Shown here piece by piece: positions 63,841-64,000 of a stretch of DNA of 64,000 bases. The stretch's first letter is position 1. Each line of letters opens with the position of its first letter. Origin of the DNA: Octopus sinensis (Eukaryota); assembly GCF_006345805.1 (NCBI RefSeq), contig NC_043015.1, positions 14,322,001 to 14,386,000 of the forward strand, given 5' to 3'. The notes beneath the pieces are model-generated. The model saw only the letters and a program-made list of their open reading frames with translations, searched no databases and was not told the DNA's origin. Position numbers and translations under genes: made by a program.

Positions 63841-64000
63841 ATCTATACTTATATTTATATTTACTTATATTTATATTCTCTTTTTTATATATATTCTACT
63901 TATTATACAACATTACTCTTTTATGTACATTCCTTTGTGTACACTGATTTGTTCTGTTTTTTTATGTTTAACCCTACAGTCTCTTATGTGGTGGTTTAAT

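Larger units (their letters stand above)
62403..64000. repeat. Long inverted repeat (~470-bp arms, ~650-bp spacer), PLE pLTR-like; right arm runs off the window
   Basis: 62403-62882 is the reverse complement of 63533-64000 with few differences. Confidence 0.93.

Overview
This is AT-rich, microsatellite-saturated animal genomic DNA, not prokaryotic. The SINE and RTE families suggest a coleoid cephalopod such as Octopus (inference from family recognition, not searched). The only host coding exon I recognise is a 98-nt minus-strand RABL2-like exon at 392-489. I found no further RABL2 exon upstream, so most of the window may be one very long intron. The rest is transposon-derived: a near-intact RTE-clade LINE (APE endonuclease plus RT with a C4HC3 PHD-like finger), a decayed second copy and many RTE 3' fragments, tRNA-derived SINEs, a Naiad-type Penelope-like element (PLE) relic, Tc1/mariner/maT relics, piggyBac-, hAT-, pogo- and Merlin-like MITEs, and Helitron-type pieces. 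Three things stand out. (1) There are more than a dozen type I hammerhead-ribozyme motifs from several unrelated families, some in inverted (fold-back) pairs and one in a ~407-bp tandem, retrozyme-like dimer. (2) The RTE 3' UTR carries variable-copy arrays of a ~60-66-nt unit that can fold as an H-type pseudoknot plus a hairpin. (3) There are many long inverted repeats. All coordinates, alignments and folds were read by eye; no searches or folding programs were run.
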